Made by a program: the position numbers and the translations under genes. From positions 27,404,001 through 27,468,000 of the forward strand of contig NW_026889750.1 of assembly GCF_033153115.1 (NCBI RefSeq): DNA of 64,000 bases. The letters are read 5' to 3'. The notes beneath the pieces were generated by a model. It ran no database searches and was not told the origin of the DNA. It saw only the letters and a list, made by a program, of their open reading frames with translations. Shown here one piece after another: positions 52,994 to 64,000 of the stretch; position 1 is the first letter of the stretch, and every line of letters starts with the position of its first letter. The DNA is from Saccostrea echinata. Lineage: Eukaryota.

Positions 52994-53826
52994 TGAAACG
53001 CAAAAGAAACGCAACATCCTATTTTAGAGGGGAAAATCATATAAAGGACATAATGTTGTATCTAAAAGTACGGATATCTTCAACATTGTAAGTATCGATA
53101 ATTTAACGGTTGAATGACTTTCATGCCATAACCGGAAGTTAAGTTTGAGCCCGCTGAACAGAAATCAAAAATTGCATGTTTAACAAAACATTTGACAAAA
53201 ATATGGAGTTTTAAGGGTTTGTATCTGTTTATCATAAGTAATGCAGCAATATTTCGCAAAATAAATTCTCCTTTCGTTTCCGGAAGAGATGCCAGGGCTT
53301 CCTGAAAATGACTTAAGTACGCATTTCAAGTGCTCTAGCTGGAAAATCTGAAAATAAAGGTGATGGAGAATTGCAGATGCAAAAATGCACGACAACACGC
53401 CTCAACAGGCTCATACGTATCATTAGCATGGATGATAGTCCGTGGACCGGAAGTCCAAGTGTTACTACACTGCGCTAGGTTAGAGAAAATTCGACTTCAT
53501 TGTCTGAAAAACGGACATTTAAAAATGGCAAAGAATATTTTTTTCGCTCAGATCCCGAGACTGGTGAACTTATTGCATCGTGGAAATCAAGCTGCAATTG
53601 TTGTGCATGGCAGTCTTCCACGCTATAATTGAATGGCTGAGAAGGGGGGTGTTTTAACAGTCATGTGTTACTTTCTAAAGTTAAAAGGTAATCATTTAAC
53701 ATTGTTATCAAATCTTTGATGCTTTTAAATCGAGTTTAACTTAACTGTAATCAGTTTTGAAAATCATTAGTTAAAAGGTTCAAATATTTGTAGATCACTG
53801 CTTGTTGCGTTTCTTTTGCGTTTCAG
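52993..53826 (+). mobile_element. Internally deleted Tc1 element inserted in a (TA)n tract
   Basis: 24-bp TIR CTGAAACGCAAAAGAAACGCAACA at both ends, TA-flanked. Transposase remnants MPGLPEND, DDSPWTGSPSVTT..IRLHCLKN (cf. DRPRSGRPRVTT..IR..HLRNR) and C-terminal IPRLVNLLHRGNQAAIVVHGSLPRY (cf. GGHTRY). The DDE core is deleted. Confidence 0.85.
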
Positions 53827-53997
53827 TATATATATATATATACTAGTTATACATTTTTATGTACTCAGAAAAACAACATTTAAAAAAAATGCTATCTTCA
53901 GCGATTTTCGATTGGTATTTTATTCAATGTACTAGACACAAAATACACCATCTTCAAATCGAGACTTTATGTTGAGAACAGAACACGATCTACAGAT

Positions 53998-54276
53998 TTT
54001 GTTTGTTTGTCCTTTTCGAGAATTTTTCACTCATATCGAGACGTCACCATTTGCAGGTGGAGGGCTGCAAATTTAGATCTATCCTCGGCACTCAGGGCCA
54101 TTGAGCATTGAGGGATCTTTTTCGTGCCAGTACTTACTGCGACACGGGACCTCGATTTATACGGTCTCATCCGAAGAATGGTCTCGATGTCCCATAGTGG
54201 GATTCGAATCCGCGACGTAAGGATGAACTCCTTACACCGCGACTCTAGATCGAACGCTCTAACCACGCGGGCGACG
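53998..54276 (-). mobile_element. tRNA-derived SINE with Deu-like core and long-variable-arm head
   Basis: Minus strand CGTGGTTAGAGCG..GTAAGGAGTTCATCCTTAC hairpin..GGATTCGAATCCC, then the same core and 3' end as 46856-47203; TSD TCTACAGAT at 53989-53997 and 54277-54285. Confidence 0.85.
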
Positions 54277-54379
54277 TCTACAGATATAAATTGGGTAATA
54301 TAAATAGAATTGTAAACAGTTTTCCCTCAGCAACTTTCATCTATTTGTAGTCAGGAATATATCATCAAACAATGTATGA

Positions 54380-54785
54380 AAATAAAATATGGAGATAACG
54401 AATAGTATTCAAGCTCAAAATCCATTAAAACAATACAAATCGGGAGCAGAGATCTAGAAAACACGGACCTCCAAAAACATCAGAGGTGGGATCAGGTGCC
54501 ATGGAGGAGTGAGCATCCCCTGCCAACCGGTCACACCCCCGTGCGCTCCTTGTCATGACCGGAAATTACGGGAAAATCCGTCGTCAATTCAGTGTGTAAA
54601 TAATGGGCTAACAATTAGTATGAAAAACGTCAGTCAGCATATGACTTAATGATAGATTGTATTTGCTGACAAGGTCATTGTATCGATCATAGAACTAACG
54701 AAATGATGACTTTAAACGAGACTGTTGATATTCTTGTTTCATTAACTTGTTTTTCAATAACTTACCTCGTTTTAGAAATTCGACA
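54380..54785 (-). mobile_element. Penelope-like retroelement 3' fragment
   Basis: Minus strand encodes SRLKSSFR.FYDRYNDLVSKYNL..MLTDVFHTNC, then the conserved GGTGTGACCGGT..AGGGGATGCT.ACTCCT..CACCTGATCCCACCTCTG motif. Confidence 0.7.
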
Positions 54786-54909
54786 ATAGATACTGTGGAA
54801 TCATCGTTGTTCGTGGGGGACAAATGTTCATGGATCAATCTTACCCACAAATTTACATCCCCAAGAACGGTCTTTGTCAGCGTATCGGTTCATTGAAAAC
54901 TTCCGTATG

Positions 54910-56235
54910 AAAAAGGTGAAGCTAATTATAACAAACAGTGATCGAACAAAAAAAAACCTAGAAACAATGCAAATCTGTGAACAGGGCATAAAAAAAGATC
55001 CCCGGAAATTCCAGAGGTAGTATCAGGTGTATAGGAGGAGTAAGCATCCCATGCTGACCGCAGTCTCACCCGCCGTGATCAAATTTCGTAGTCAAAAGTA
55101 TAAAAACAAAGGCCTAACAATAAGAAACATGTCAGCCAAAATACGACCCAATGATAGGTTATATTTACTAACAAGATCATTATAATGACTATAGAATTTA
55201 CTAAATGCTAACTTTGGTTGAAATCCATGTAACATCTACTTATCTGTCAGTGGCCTGCCGCAGTTTAGAAATTGATTGAATCCTACTGTGGGACGTGGAG
55301 ACCGGTCCTTCGGATAAGACCGTATAAACCGAGGTTCAGTGTCGCAGTAGATGCTGGCACAAAAAAGATCCCTTACTGCTCAATGGCCTTAAGTGCCGAG
55401 TATAGGTCAAAATTTGCAGCTCTCCACCAACAAGTGGTGGCGTCTCCATATGAGTGAAAAATTCTCGAGAGGGACGTTAAACAAAAAAAAATTGATTGTA
55501 CTCGATCTGTGCATGCTCTTGAGTATCGAATACAAGTCGTAAACACCACACATGCAGGTGATATAGCGGAATACTAGTATTACTACATAGATAAGGAAAG
55601 TTGACGATGGTAAAGCAAAAGTCACAATTTAGTTATTAGTTATAGTCTATGGTAGTAAAACATCCAAATATATGAAACAGATATGGCAGACTCTGTGGTG
55701 TCTTTTATTTCAAGTTCACTGGCATACCGATATATGAAAGGAAGTAGCTATTGTTAATCGATAATACGTCGTCGATATATCTGAATGTAGAAGTTTTTGA
55801 ATAAATTCTGCTTCATATGAATATAAAAACAGGTCGGTCAATAAAGGAGCACAATTAATACTCATCGATGGAAGACCCGGTTTCCGAAAACTACATAAAT
55901 GTTGTCATTGAGGATCGAGCATCCTTATTATATCAACCTCAGAGTACCTGTGTATAGAATGAGGGTGATTTTTTTGTTGATGACAGTCTTAAGATATGAA
56001 AATTTCCAAGTTCCTTTTTTTATTAAAGAAGCAGTTGATATCAAAAGCCCAGTTTTTAATTCATCGTGAGGAATGGTTGTATAAAGTGAAGAAAAGTCGT
56101 ACGTTTTGTCGTTATTAATTTTTGAAAAAAAAAAAATGGTGATGTTAAATTTTCTGAAAGTTCTTTGGAGTTTTTTGAGAATCCACATCTGATTTACACT
56201 ACTTTTAGAATATGCTGTAGCACATAACATCTAAA
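54910..56235 (-). mobile_element. Penelope-like retroelement, degraded RT region
   Basis: Minus strand VNQMWILK, TYDFSSLYTTIPH, NCAPLLTDLFLYSYEAEF, TFRYIDDV (about 55765-55788), ELEIKDTTES, plus the same 3' motif; interrupted by the SINE at 55279-55488. Confidence 0.8.
55279..55488 (+). mobile_element. 5'-truncated SINE, same family as 53998-54276, inserted in the Penelope-like element
   Basis: CTTCGGATAAGACCGTATAAACCGAGG..AAAGATCCC..GAGTGAAAAATTCTCGAG, A-rich tail; TSD AAATTGATTG at 55269-55278 and 55489-55498. Confidence 0.85.
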
Positions 56236-58317
56236 AAAATTCTTTACATTAGTTAATATTTTTATAAGGAGTAAAGTTAGGGGCCTCGTAGAGAATTTTC
56301 TTGATCCGGCAATGTATGTTCCCACGAACCAGTAAAAATTCGGTATCCCACGAATTTGAACCTCTCGAAATATATTTGTTTACAAAAAACATGCTCGTGT
56401 AAGAAATCTCGATGTACCTGTCAAAATTAATGAAAAAATTCTTGGGATTGTCATTTTTTAACAAACATTAATTTTATTTTTAACTTTAATCACATAGTAA
56501 AAATTGCAAAAATACATGCTTCGTAAACAATTTTGTACGTTTCACAAATCAAGTTCTTCAATTTCAAAATTATGATATGTCCTGTAATATATGGCTCATA
56601 GCAATGTAGAAATGAATCTGAAACTTTAAATAGTGGAGGCATATTGTATGTATCAATTTCCACTATTCGCACACAATTAGTTAATTGACTTGGCAAAGCC
56701 AAGTGAACTACGTACGGTTCCAAATGTTTTAGGGTAGCAGTATGTGAAAATTATGTTTTTTTTCCTTTATGAACTTTCTGCGTCGAATTACATTCTCAAT
56801 AGACGTGGTATCGTACATGCAGTATCGTTTTTTTTTTTATTTTTTGATTTTGGCGTGAGTTACAAATGGGTATTTAAGGGATGCCTGTATTATGACTGAG
56901 GAAAAAAAAAACCCAAACTTTCTAGCCATTAATTTAGAGTTTTCTGAACTGACATTGTAAACATTCAAAATCTTCTACGTTGAAAAGGTACAAGTACTTG
57001 CTCATAGGGCGGAATGAAATTGTATAAATACTGAGAAGATAAATTCCAAACATTTTATGTTTAAACGGATGAATTAGATTGATATTCATTTTCAGAGTCA
57101 TGGATCAAAGATCACTATTGCAATAAATTGGTTTTCAGTTAATATTTATTTTTATTCAGAAGAAAATTGACACACACACACACACCCTCACACACACACA
57201 CAAGGATGAAAGTAAGACTATAGTAAAGGTTACGGCTACTAAATCAAATGTTGCTGAATTCCACATCCTGATTGTCAGCTATCTTGTTTAGAGATGAAGA
57301 AACCCTTTCCTTATTCGCTTATCTTACAATCTTGTAAGTATTTAATGCAGCAACAATTGATTCATTGAATGTCAAGTGTGCTAAGCTTACTTCATATCCA
57401 TGGAATTGCTTGTTCACTGCAATTATATAACTTCACTGTCAATTCAAAAATTTAAGTACTGGCCTTTTTTTTTAAATTGATGTTAGTTTGAATCTGATTC
57501 ATCAGGGATATTTCTCTCATCGAAATATGGGAAAAATTCTGTCAAAATATGGAAAACTGTTATTTACTTCAGATTAATTGCCTAGCGATATACAAAATTA
57601 AAGAACAAAAGGTCTGTCTTCATTCACTTATAGCAAAAACTAGGAATATTTTTAAAAAAGAAAAAAAGTTTTTTTTCCAGCTGATAACATAAACACAACC
57701 AAAAGTCACGCCTCTTTTGGGGCAAAAAAAAAAATTAAATTAAAAACAAAATAATAAATAAATAAAGCGCATTACTGCAACTATGCAAATAATATATGAA
57801 AGTTAATACATTGTAACACTCTGTCCCACGTTGTTACGAGCATCTGTATAACATGACAAAATAAAGCTGCCACACTTCGTCCAAGATACATGTACATATA
57901 GTCTACAGAGTTTGTGAAGACAACACAACCAAAGCCAAGTATACATTACAACCACTCAAATCTAGGCTTGGCACTTGGCTATATTCAAGCTGTAGCCAGC
58001 TATCTCGTCGTTTCTCTAATGGTGTGATTATTTTATTTAAAAACAGCTAGTCTCTATGCTATACAAATGATTCTTTCCAAGACATATCTGAAAAATAAAA
58101 TTTAAAAGAGATAAAATGTTAAAAAAAAAGATTTTAAAAAATGCTTTTTTATCATTACTAGTATACATGTGTAAACATGACTAAACCAACCAAATAAAAC
58201 TTCAAATTAAATTAAAAAAAAAACTTGTAGAAGTAACCTTTTCCACTCTTCTTCATCACAGGAACCAGGATTTTGTTTTTATTTATCACAGAATTATATT
58301 TTATATTTCACATATGA

Positions 58318-58523
58318 NNNNNNNNNNNNNNNNNNNNNNNNNNNNNNNNNNNNNNNNNNNNNNNNNNNNNNNNNNNNNNNNNNNNNNNNNNNNNNNNNNN
58401 NNNNNNNNNNNNNNNNNNNNNNNNNNNNNNNNNNNNNNNNNNNNNNNNNNNNNNNNNNNNNNNNNNNNNNNNNNNNNNNNNNNNNNNNNNNNNNNNNNNN
58501 NNNNNNNNNNNNNNNNNNNNNNN
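58318..58523. other. Assembly gap (N run)
   Basis: Run of n. Confidence 0.99.
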
Positions 58524-60283
58524 TATAAAGCACATATTTAAGTTTTTCTTTTGCACCTTTAAATTGTGTGAAATCCAAGCTAAATTTTAAAAAGAATCAA
58601 AAAGGTTTATACTTATGAACGATCTTTTAAGATGCTCACATCGAAACTGATATTATTTTCGATAAAACATATATTTAAAAAAATCAAAAGATATACACAT
58701 GTATGCATGGTTTGAATTTTTTCCCCCCAAATTACTCATTTTTACTGAATTTTAATCAAATTTTAGATACTCTTTGCTTCAGAAAATGCAAAGTGCAAGC
58801 TTGCAGATCTGATTTTTTCCACATCAAGAAGAATGAGAATCAGTGCAAAAAATATTCTCTTTGAATTTCCAAAGGAAAAAAAGAACTTTTAAATGAATAA
58901 AAAATAAAATAAAATAAAAATGCGAAAAATTGAAAATTGAGAAACCCACCACCCTTTAGTATATTTTGTCCACATGTATTTAGCATCAATATTTATCACT
59001 AAAGAAGCATCTTTATATTATACTATTATATTTAGTAGAAAGAGACATTACACTGCCATAATAGAATCCAAAGTTTTGAATTTAGTTTTCATGTCTATAC
59101 CTGATACACGCGCAGACAATCACACAACCTTTTGTTATAGTATCATGTTGTCAATTTTGAATTTACTAGGGGGAGGTAAATACAAAATTTACAACCTGAT
59201 AACATTTACAACATGATAATAGGTCTATCATTATATGGAGGACGGCATTAAATATACCCCTTTTGTCACGAATTTCCAAGAGTAGTGGGAGAACAGCTAG
59301 GTATCTAGATCTGTTTGACCTCAGGGAGGAAACATCCTGGAGGATACTTCTACATTTAGGACAGCGACTATCTCCTGTTTTCTTAAAACATTCCTCGATG
59401 CACTTCTCATGATAATCTGAAATGGCGGTGTAGAAGAAATCTTGTTCATTTTTTGGGCATAAATTAAAAGATATCAATAAAACAAGACGACAGAGTAAGT
59501 GTTGTCATGTTTGCTTGTAAAATTACCTTATTTCCAGAAAAAAAATCATGATATGCATTTGTATAAGTTTAATATTTCTAAATTACCATGTTTACAGCTG
59601 AGTTGCACTAGGGACGAAGATGTTGGTTCTTTTGGTGATAAACAAACTGCACAGTCGGACGCTGAGGGAGAACAATCAACAGTTTATGATTATCCGAATC
59701 GTTATATCTAAAACATTAATGTAGCTGGAAAGGAGGAAGATGCACAGAACTTGATAAAGAGAAAATAGGATATAGTGTAAATGTAACGCAAAACCTGAAG
59801 TGATAATTCCTATTTTACTTTTGACCTCTTCTGTTGACCTAAACATGCTGCGATGTATGAAGCCATTCTTAGCACTGAACAAATATAAGGTCTCGACATC
59901 TTTTGCCATTCAAAAGTCGCGGTGGAGATTAAAAAACGCGAATAGGAAGACAAAAATGCATACCAGGGATCTCCCATACTAGAGCAAATTATTATTTGTC
60001 AGTATGGAGGAAAAAATTCCAAACTGAAATAATATACTTTAGTAGTTCATTAAATACAACCTCGACGCATAGTTTTGGGACATGCAACTATAGGCGATTT
60101 TAAAACTTACATTCCAATTTTTTATTTAAAAAGCTATAAAAATTTGAAAACATGCATAGTGACAAAAGTCTAACATAATAACCATTTAAAAATGCCATGA
60201 TTTTTTAATGATTACATGTATTACATTGGACTTTTGTTCAAAATGTAAATGTTCAAATATACATGTATCTCGTCATGATTTAA

Positions 60284-60601
60284 GGGCAGACGATACGTTC
60301 CTCAATAATATATAGTTTTTTCTAAGATTTTGTCTTTGAAGTATTGCTACTTTAACATGTTTACTCACCAAAAAATTGAGGTACCTTACCAGGCATTTGT
60401 GGAAATTACCAGAGGATGATGTTTCCTATATAAGCCGTTTGGAAAAAACTTAATTAGCCTGTAACACATTTTTTAGTGTTTCAATTTTTGAAAGACAATT
60501 ATAAACCCATTTAGAAATCAGAAGGTAATTAAAATTTTGGATATTTTCTACACAATACGAAGATATACAAAACAGATATTTGAGGAACGTATCGTCTGAC
60601 C
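60284..60601. mobile_element. Kolobok-type MITE
   Basis: TIR GG(G/T)CAGACGATACGTTCCTCAA, TTAA on both sides, 318 bp. Confidence 0.85.
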
Positions 60602-60659
60602 TTAAAATGAAATGTAACAAAATAAAAAAAAAATGTTTCTCTTGAATCGAACTTGTAAC

Positions 60660-61225
60660 ACAAGTTCTAACATATCTGTTTCATATTTGGATATTTTACT
60701 GGAAAAAGACGTTAATTGTAATCTAACAACAAAACTTGATGATAAACGTGATGACTTCAACGTCCCTTATTTATGTAGCTATATACCATTATCACCGGTA
60801 CATGGAGTTTATGTCTCCAAGTTGAATTGATACGCAAGAATATACTCTACGTACAAACAGTTTCTTAATCGAGACAAGCTATTGACAAATAAGTTGATGG
60901 TACAAGGATATTAAATGTCTCGTTGAAAGTCAACATTATGCAAATTCTTTGATCGATACAATGACCTTGTCAGCAAATACAATCTGTTGTTAAATCGAAT
61001 GTTGACTGACGTTTTTCATACAAATTGTTCGGCCATTATTTTCACACTAAATTGTCTACGGATTTTTTTTTTCATTTGCCAGATCATGACAAGGAGCACA
61101 CGGCGGGTGTTACCGATCACAGGGGATGCTTACTCCTTCATGTCATCTGATCCAACCTCTGATGTTTTTAGTATTAATTTGTATTGTTTCAATGTACTTC
61201 TGAGCTGGATTACTGTTCTTTATCT
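60660..61225 (+). mobile_element. Penelope-like retroelement 3' fragment
   Basis: SVSYLDILL..LTTKLDDKRDDFN..PYLCSYIPLSPVHGVYVSKL..LLTNKLMVQG..RYNDLVSKY, then CACGGCGGGTGTTACCG..AGGGGATGCTTACTCCT. Confidence 0.8.
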
Positions 61226-61591
61226 TCAAATTTTATTACAAAAAATTAAGGTTTTTCTCTTCTTTTGTTATTCAATAAATGGCAGCTTTTCGGCAAAATT
61301 TTCAATTAGAAGGTTTTGCCTTATAAAGTTTTTCAGCAGATATACTCTTTGAATATATGGAATCTTTTCTGCCTTTTTTGAACAATCAACATACGCTATG
61401 CTACAGCAACGATTTTATATTTATTCCTTCCGTCGACCCATTTTTTTTTTTAAATAAAACCTTCAATATTATACCATTGCCATACAAAAAGTGCCATAAA
61501 CTAAATGCTTTGAAAGACAAACAGGAAATGAAATGTGATTCTCGAAGAACATATTCACGTATTGCTTTTTAAAATAAAAAAGATAAATTAC

Positions 61592-62409
61592 CATGCAGTC
61601 TTTGGCCAGGTGGTAATTTGTGATACAACTTTCTGTTTGTAGCCTGAAGAAGAAAGAAGTTAAATTTTGATCTCGACAAGGTAAGGTAATACATGTAGAT
61701 CATAATAAAAGCAGAATGAAAATTTGTTTTTGTCTTACCAATTTAAATAAAGTCAGTTGTCACGCATTACTTAAGTAAATATGCATTTCGTAATTGTAAA
61801 AATGTCTTTTGCACCAAGTTTTACCTATAGGATTTGTAAAGACCGAGGAGTTAACTTTGCACTGTCTAATAGTTTAATGCTGTAATTTTTCATCGAAAGA
61901 TTCTAAAATTAGACGTCATTCTAACATCATTACTCATATTATACAACTGTTATAAAACGACATGATCATTTTTTTTTCTTGAGAAAAGTTTTAGCGTCTC
62001 TTCAATTACAGTATCTGTTTTTTCCCATTGTAAAAAAAATTCAAGGACCTCTCATTAATGAAATGTTCTGCTACAGTTTCTAGAATTTCCAGACTGACAT
62101 GAGATTATCTTCGAGCTGGAATAGTTTTTACAGCTATTGTAAATTGTTAAGATTGGACCAAATCAATATTCCATAGGAAAACAACAGGACAATCCTTGTC
62201 CGTGAAACTACTCGGTGAATTATGCCCCAGGTATCGGGTATAAAAGGTCTCAATTATCTCCTCCCACACAACATCCTTATCCGGACTAACGCAGACACTT
62301 AGTCTATCTATGTAAACTGATGATGTTTTAGAAATATGCCATGCATAGAAGTATACAATAACAAATTTAGTATTAAAATCACAACTGCTTTGAAATGCTT
62401 TTATAGATA

Positions 62410-62500
<91 letters not shown>

Positions 62501-63028
62501 CACGCATACAACGAATTTGATACAAGGAAACGTCCTTGATTTAGTAGGGACAAATTATGAACTTAGTATTTAAACGTTAAGTTTACGGCCTTTAAAGTAT
62601 AAATCGTTGAATTTGTTAAAGAGATGTTAATTTTACATAGTATTGATTTTTTTTTAAATACTTACGTTATAATATCGGACATTCCGCACTTTATTTATAA
62701 ATACTTAAAAAATACTATGTATTTACCTGTAAAGACCCGTTCTGTGATCTGTAGGCAAAGAGTATGGTTATTCCAAGAATAGTGCAACAAGTACCAAACA
62801 CCACAACCGTAAAAATCGTGTCTCTCTGAGAAAACTTTGATCCGCTCAATCTAGAGGGACAAGATAAAATTGAAAATCAAATAGAGACTGAAGTGCCATT
62901 AAGATTTTGACACGTGACTGTAAATAAGTTGATACTTACATGTTGATTAGGATGCAGAAGAGATACACAAATAAAGTCAATATTTCAATAGTTATCACTA
63001 ACGTAAAGCGAGACCCAGTCAAATCCAT
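61592..63028 (-). pseudogene. Decayed multi-exon gene for a membrane-anchored protein of uncertain family
   Basis: AAACATGG start at 63028; exons 63028-62940 and 62850-62727 splice in phase to MDLTGSRFTLVITIEILTLFVYLFCILINILSGSKFSQRDTIFTVVVFGTCCTILGITILFAYRSQNGSLQ (two hydrophobic segments). A further exon-like block at about 62309-61825 has several stops and a frameshift; another at 61643-61592 is open. Confidence 0.45.
62412..62495. repeat. (TA)n microsatellite
   Basis: About 42 TA units. Confidence 0.98.
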
Positions 63029-64000
63029 GTTTATATCCTTGCATTCCGTCCGCTTAACCAGCAGCTGAAAATAGCATTTAATCTATCCAGGCTAAATTTA
63101 TAACTAACGTAATGGATTAAAAAAACGAAAGTCTAAAGATAAAAATAGAAGTCTGTTCATATTATCACAACAGTAATGTTTTTTAATGTATATATTTAAG
63201 AAAGATAATTTAAAATCTATTTTTATGATTTATATATTATATTATATTTATACCAAGATGTATGACAAGACAGTGTCGCCACGTACCTAAACATTATGAA
63301 CTCTGTGCGATGCGTGCAACTTGCTATATTTCATGTGCAGACACAGATCTGACTTTCCATAAATCATACATTGGAATGTAGTGAGACTGCTTTCACCCCC
63401 CCCCCTCCCCTCCTCCAGACTGTTTCCACTGGTATTCTTATCCCCTGAGATTCGTGATTTTTTTTTTCGATACAAGTGACTAATTGTTTTGCTTAAAGAT
63501 TTCTACCACGCCCTTGAAATATCTGAGTTGTGCTTTCAACGCTCTAAGAGAAAAATATATAACTTTACGTTCAGTGCATTTTCTGTATTTCCTACATAGA
63601 TTTTCATTTGATTTGTCAAGTTCAGGTTTATATTTCAAATACAATTTGCAAATAATACTGGGAATATTTTGAATTCAGTCAAATTTATTATGCTATGACT
63701 GCACAGGGCGGATTCAGGATTTTTTTTTTCTACGGGTTGTTCACGTCAGACTCGGAAATTTTTTAACAAGCAAGAAAAAAAAACGTGAACAACTTGCCCA
63801 AACCTGTATAAGCTAATTCGTGTCTGTGTGTGTATGTGTGTGTGTGTGTGTGTGGAGGGGACACGTTCTTCAAATACAATACTCTCCTCACCTTTTTAAG
63901 AGATTTTGGCGTTTCGTGAAGAGGAGGGGTCCAAGGTGAATTTTTTCGTTATTTTAATGACTTTAAAAATTCCAGAGGATCCGCCCCACCGCCGCTAGAT

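Noticed and set aside
52816-53040. (IY)n ORF, and the (YI)n start of ORF 62147-62503
   Set aside because: Translation of (TA)n microsatellites.
63703-64000. Possible GGGCGGATCC-type MITE
   Set aside because: Right end and TSD would lie at or beyond the window edge and cannot be confirmed.

Overview
AT-rich eukaryotic DNA with spliceosomal introns. The repeat content (Helentron-associated satellite elements, Meta/Deu-type SINEs, abundant Penelope-like fragments, many TACATGTA octamers) points to a bivalve mollusc, probably an oyster; this is an inference. Three intact multi-exon genes lie in tandem on the + strand: an HP1/chromobox gene (CDS 12120-13994, 194 aa), mitochondrial long-chain acyl-CoA dehydrogenase ACADL (19074-31666, 10 coding exons) and the NSL-complex scaffold KANSL1 (37110-48397, 8 coding exons, about 1125 aa). 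The ACADL-then-KANSL1 arrangement matches the human ACADL-KANSL1L pair, which suggests ancient microsynteny. The left flank holds a degraded HERO-type RLE retrotransposon, an IS3EU-like foldback element built from palindromic 21-bp units and a 5.1-kb Sola2-like transposon with a frameshifted, internally deleted transposase. Introns carry nested MITEs (hAT5-like with 5-bp TSDs, Tc1/mariner, Kolobok), HINE satellites, SINEs and a 42-bp minisatellite. The right flank holds a degraded copy of part of the KANSL1 last exon, an RTE fragment, a deleted Tc1 inside a (TA)n tract, three Penelope-like fragments and a decayed minus-strand membrane-protein gene. There are two assembly gaps (2426-2559, 58318-58523). 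No CRISPR array, rRNA or true tRNA gene was seen, and no complete novel system can be demonstrated from the sequence alone.
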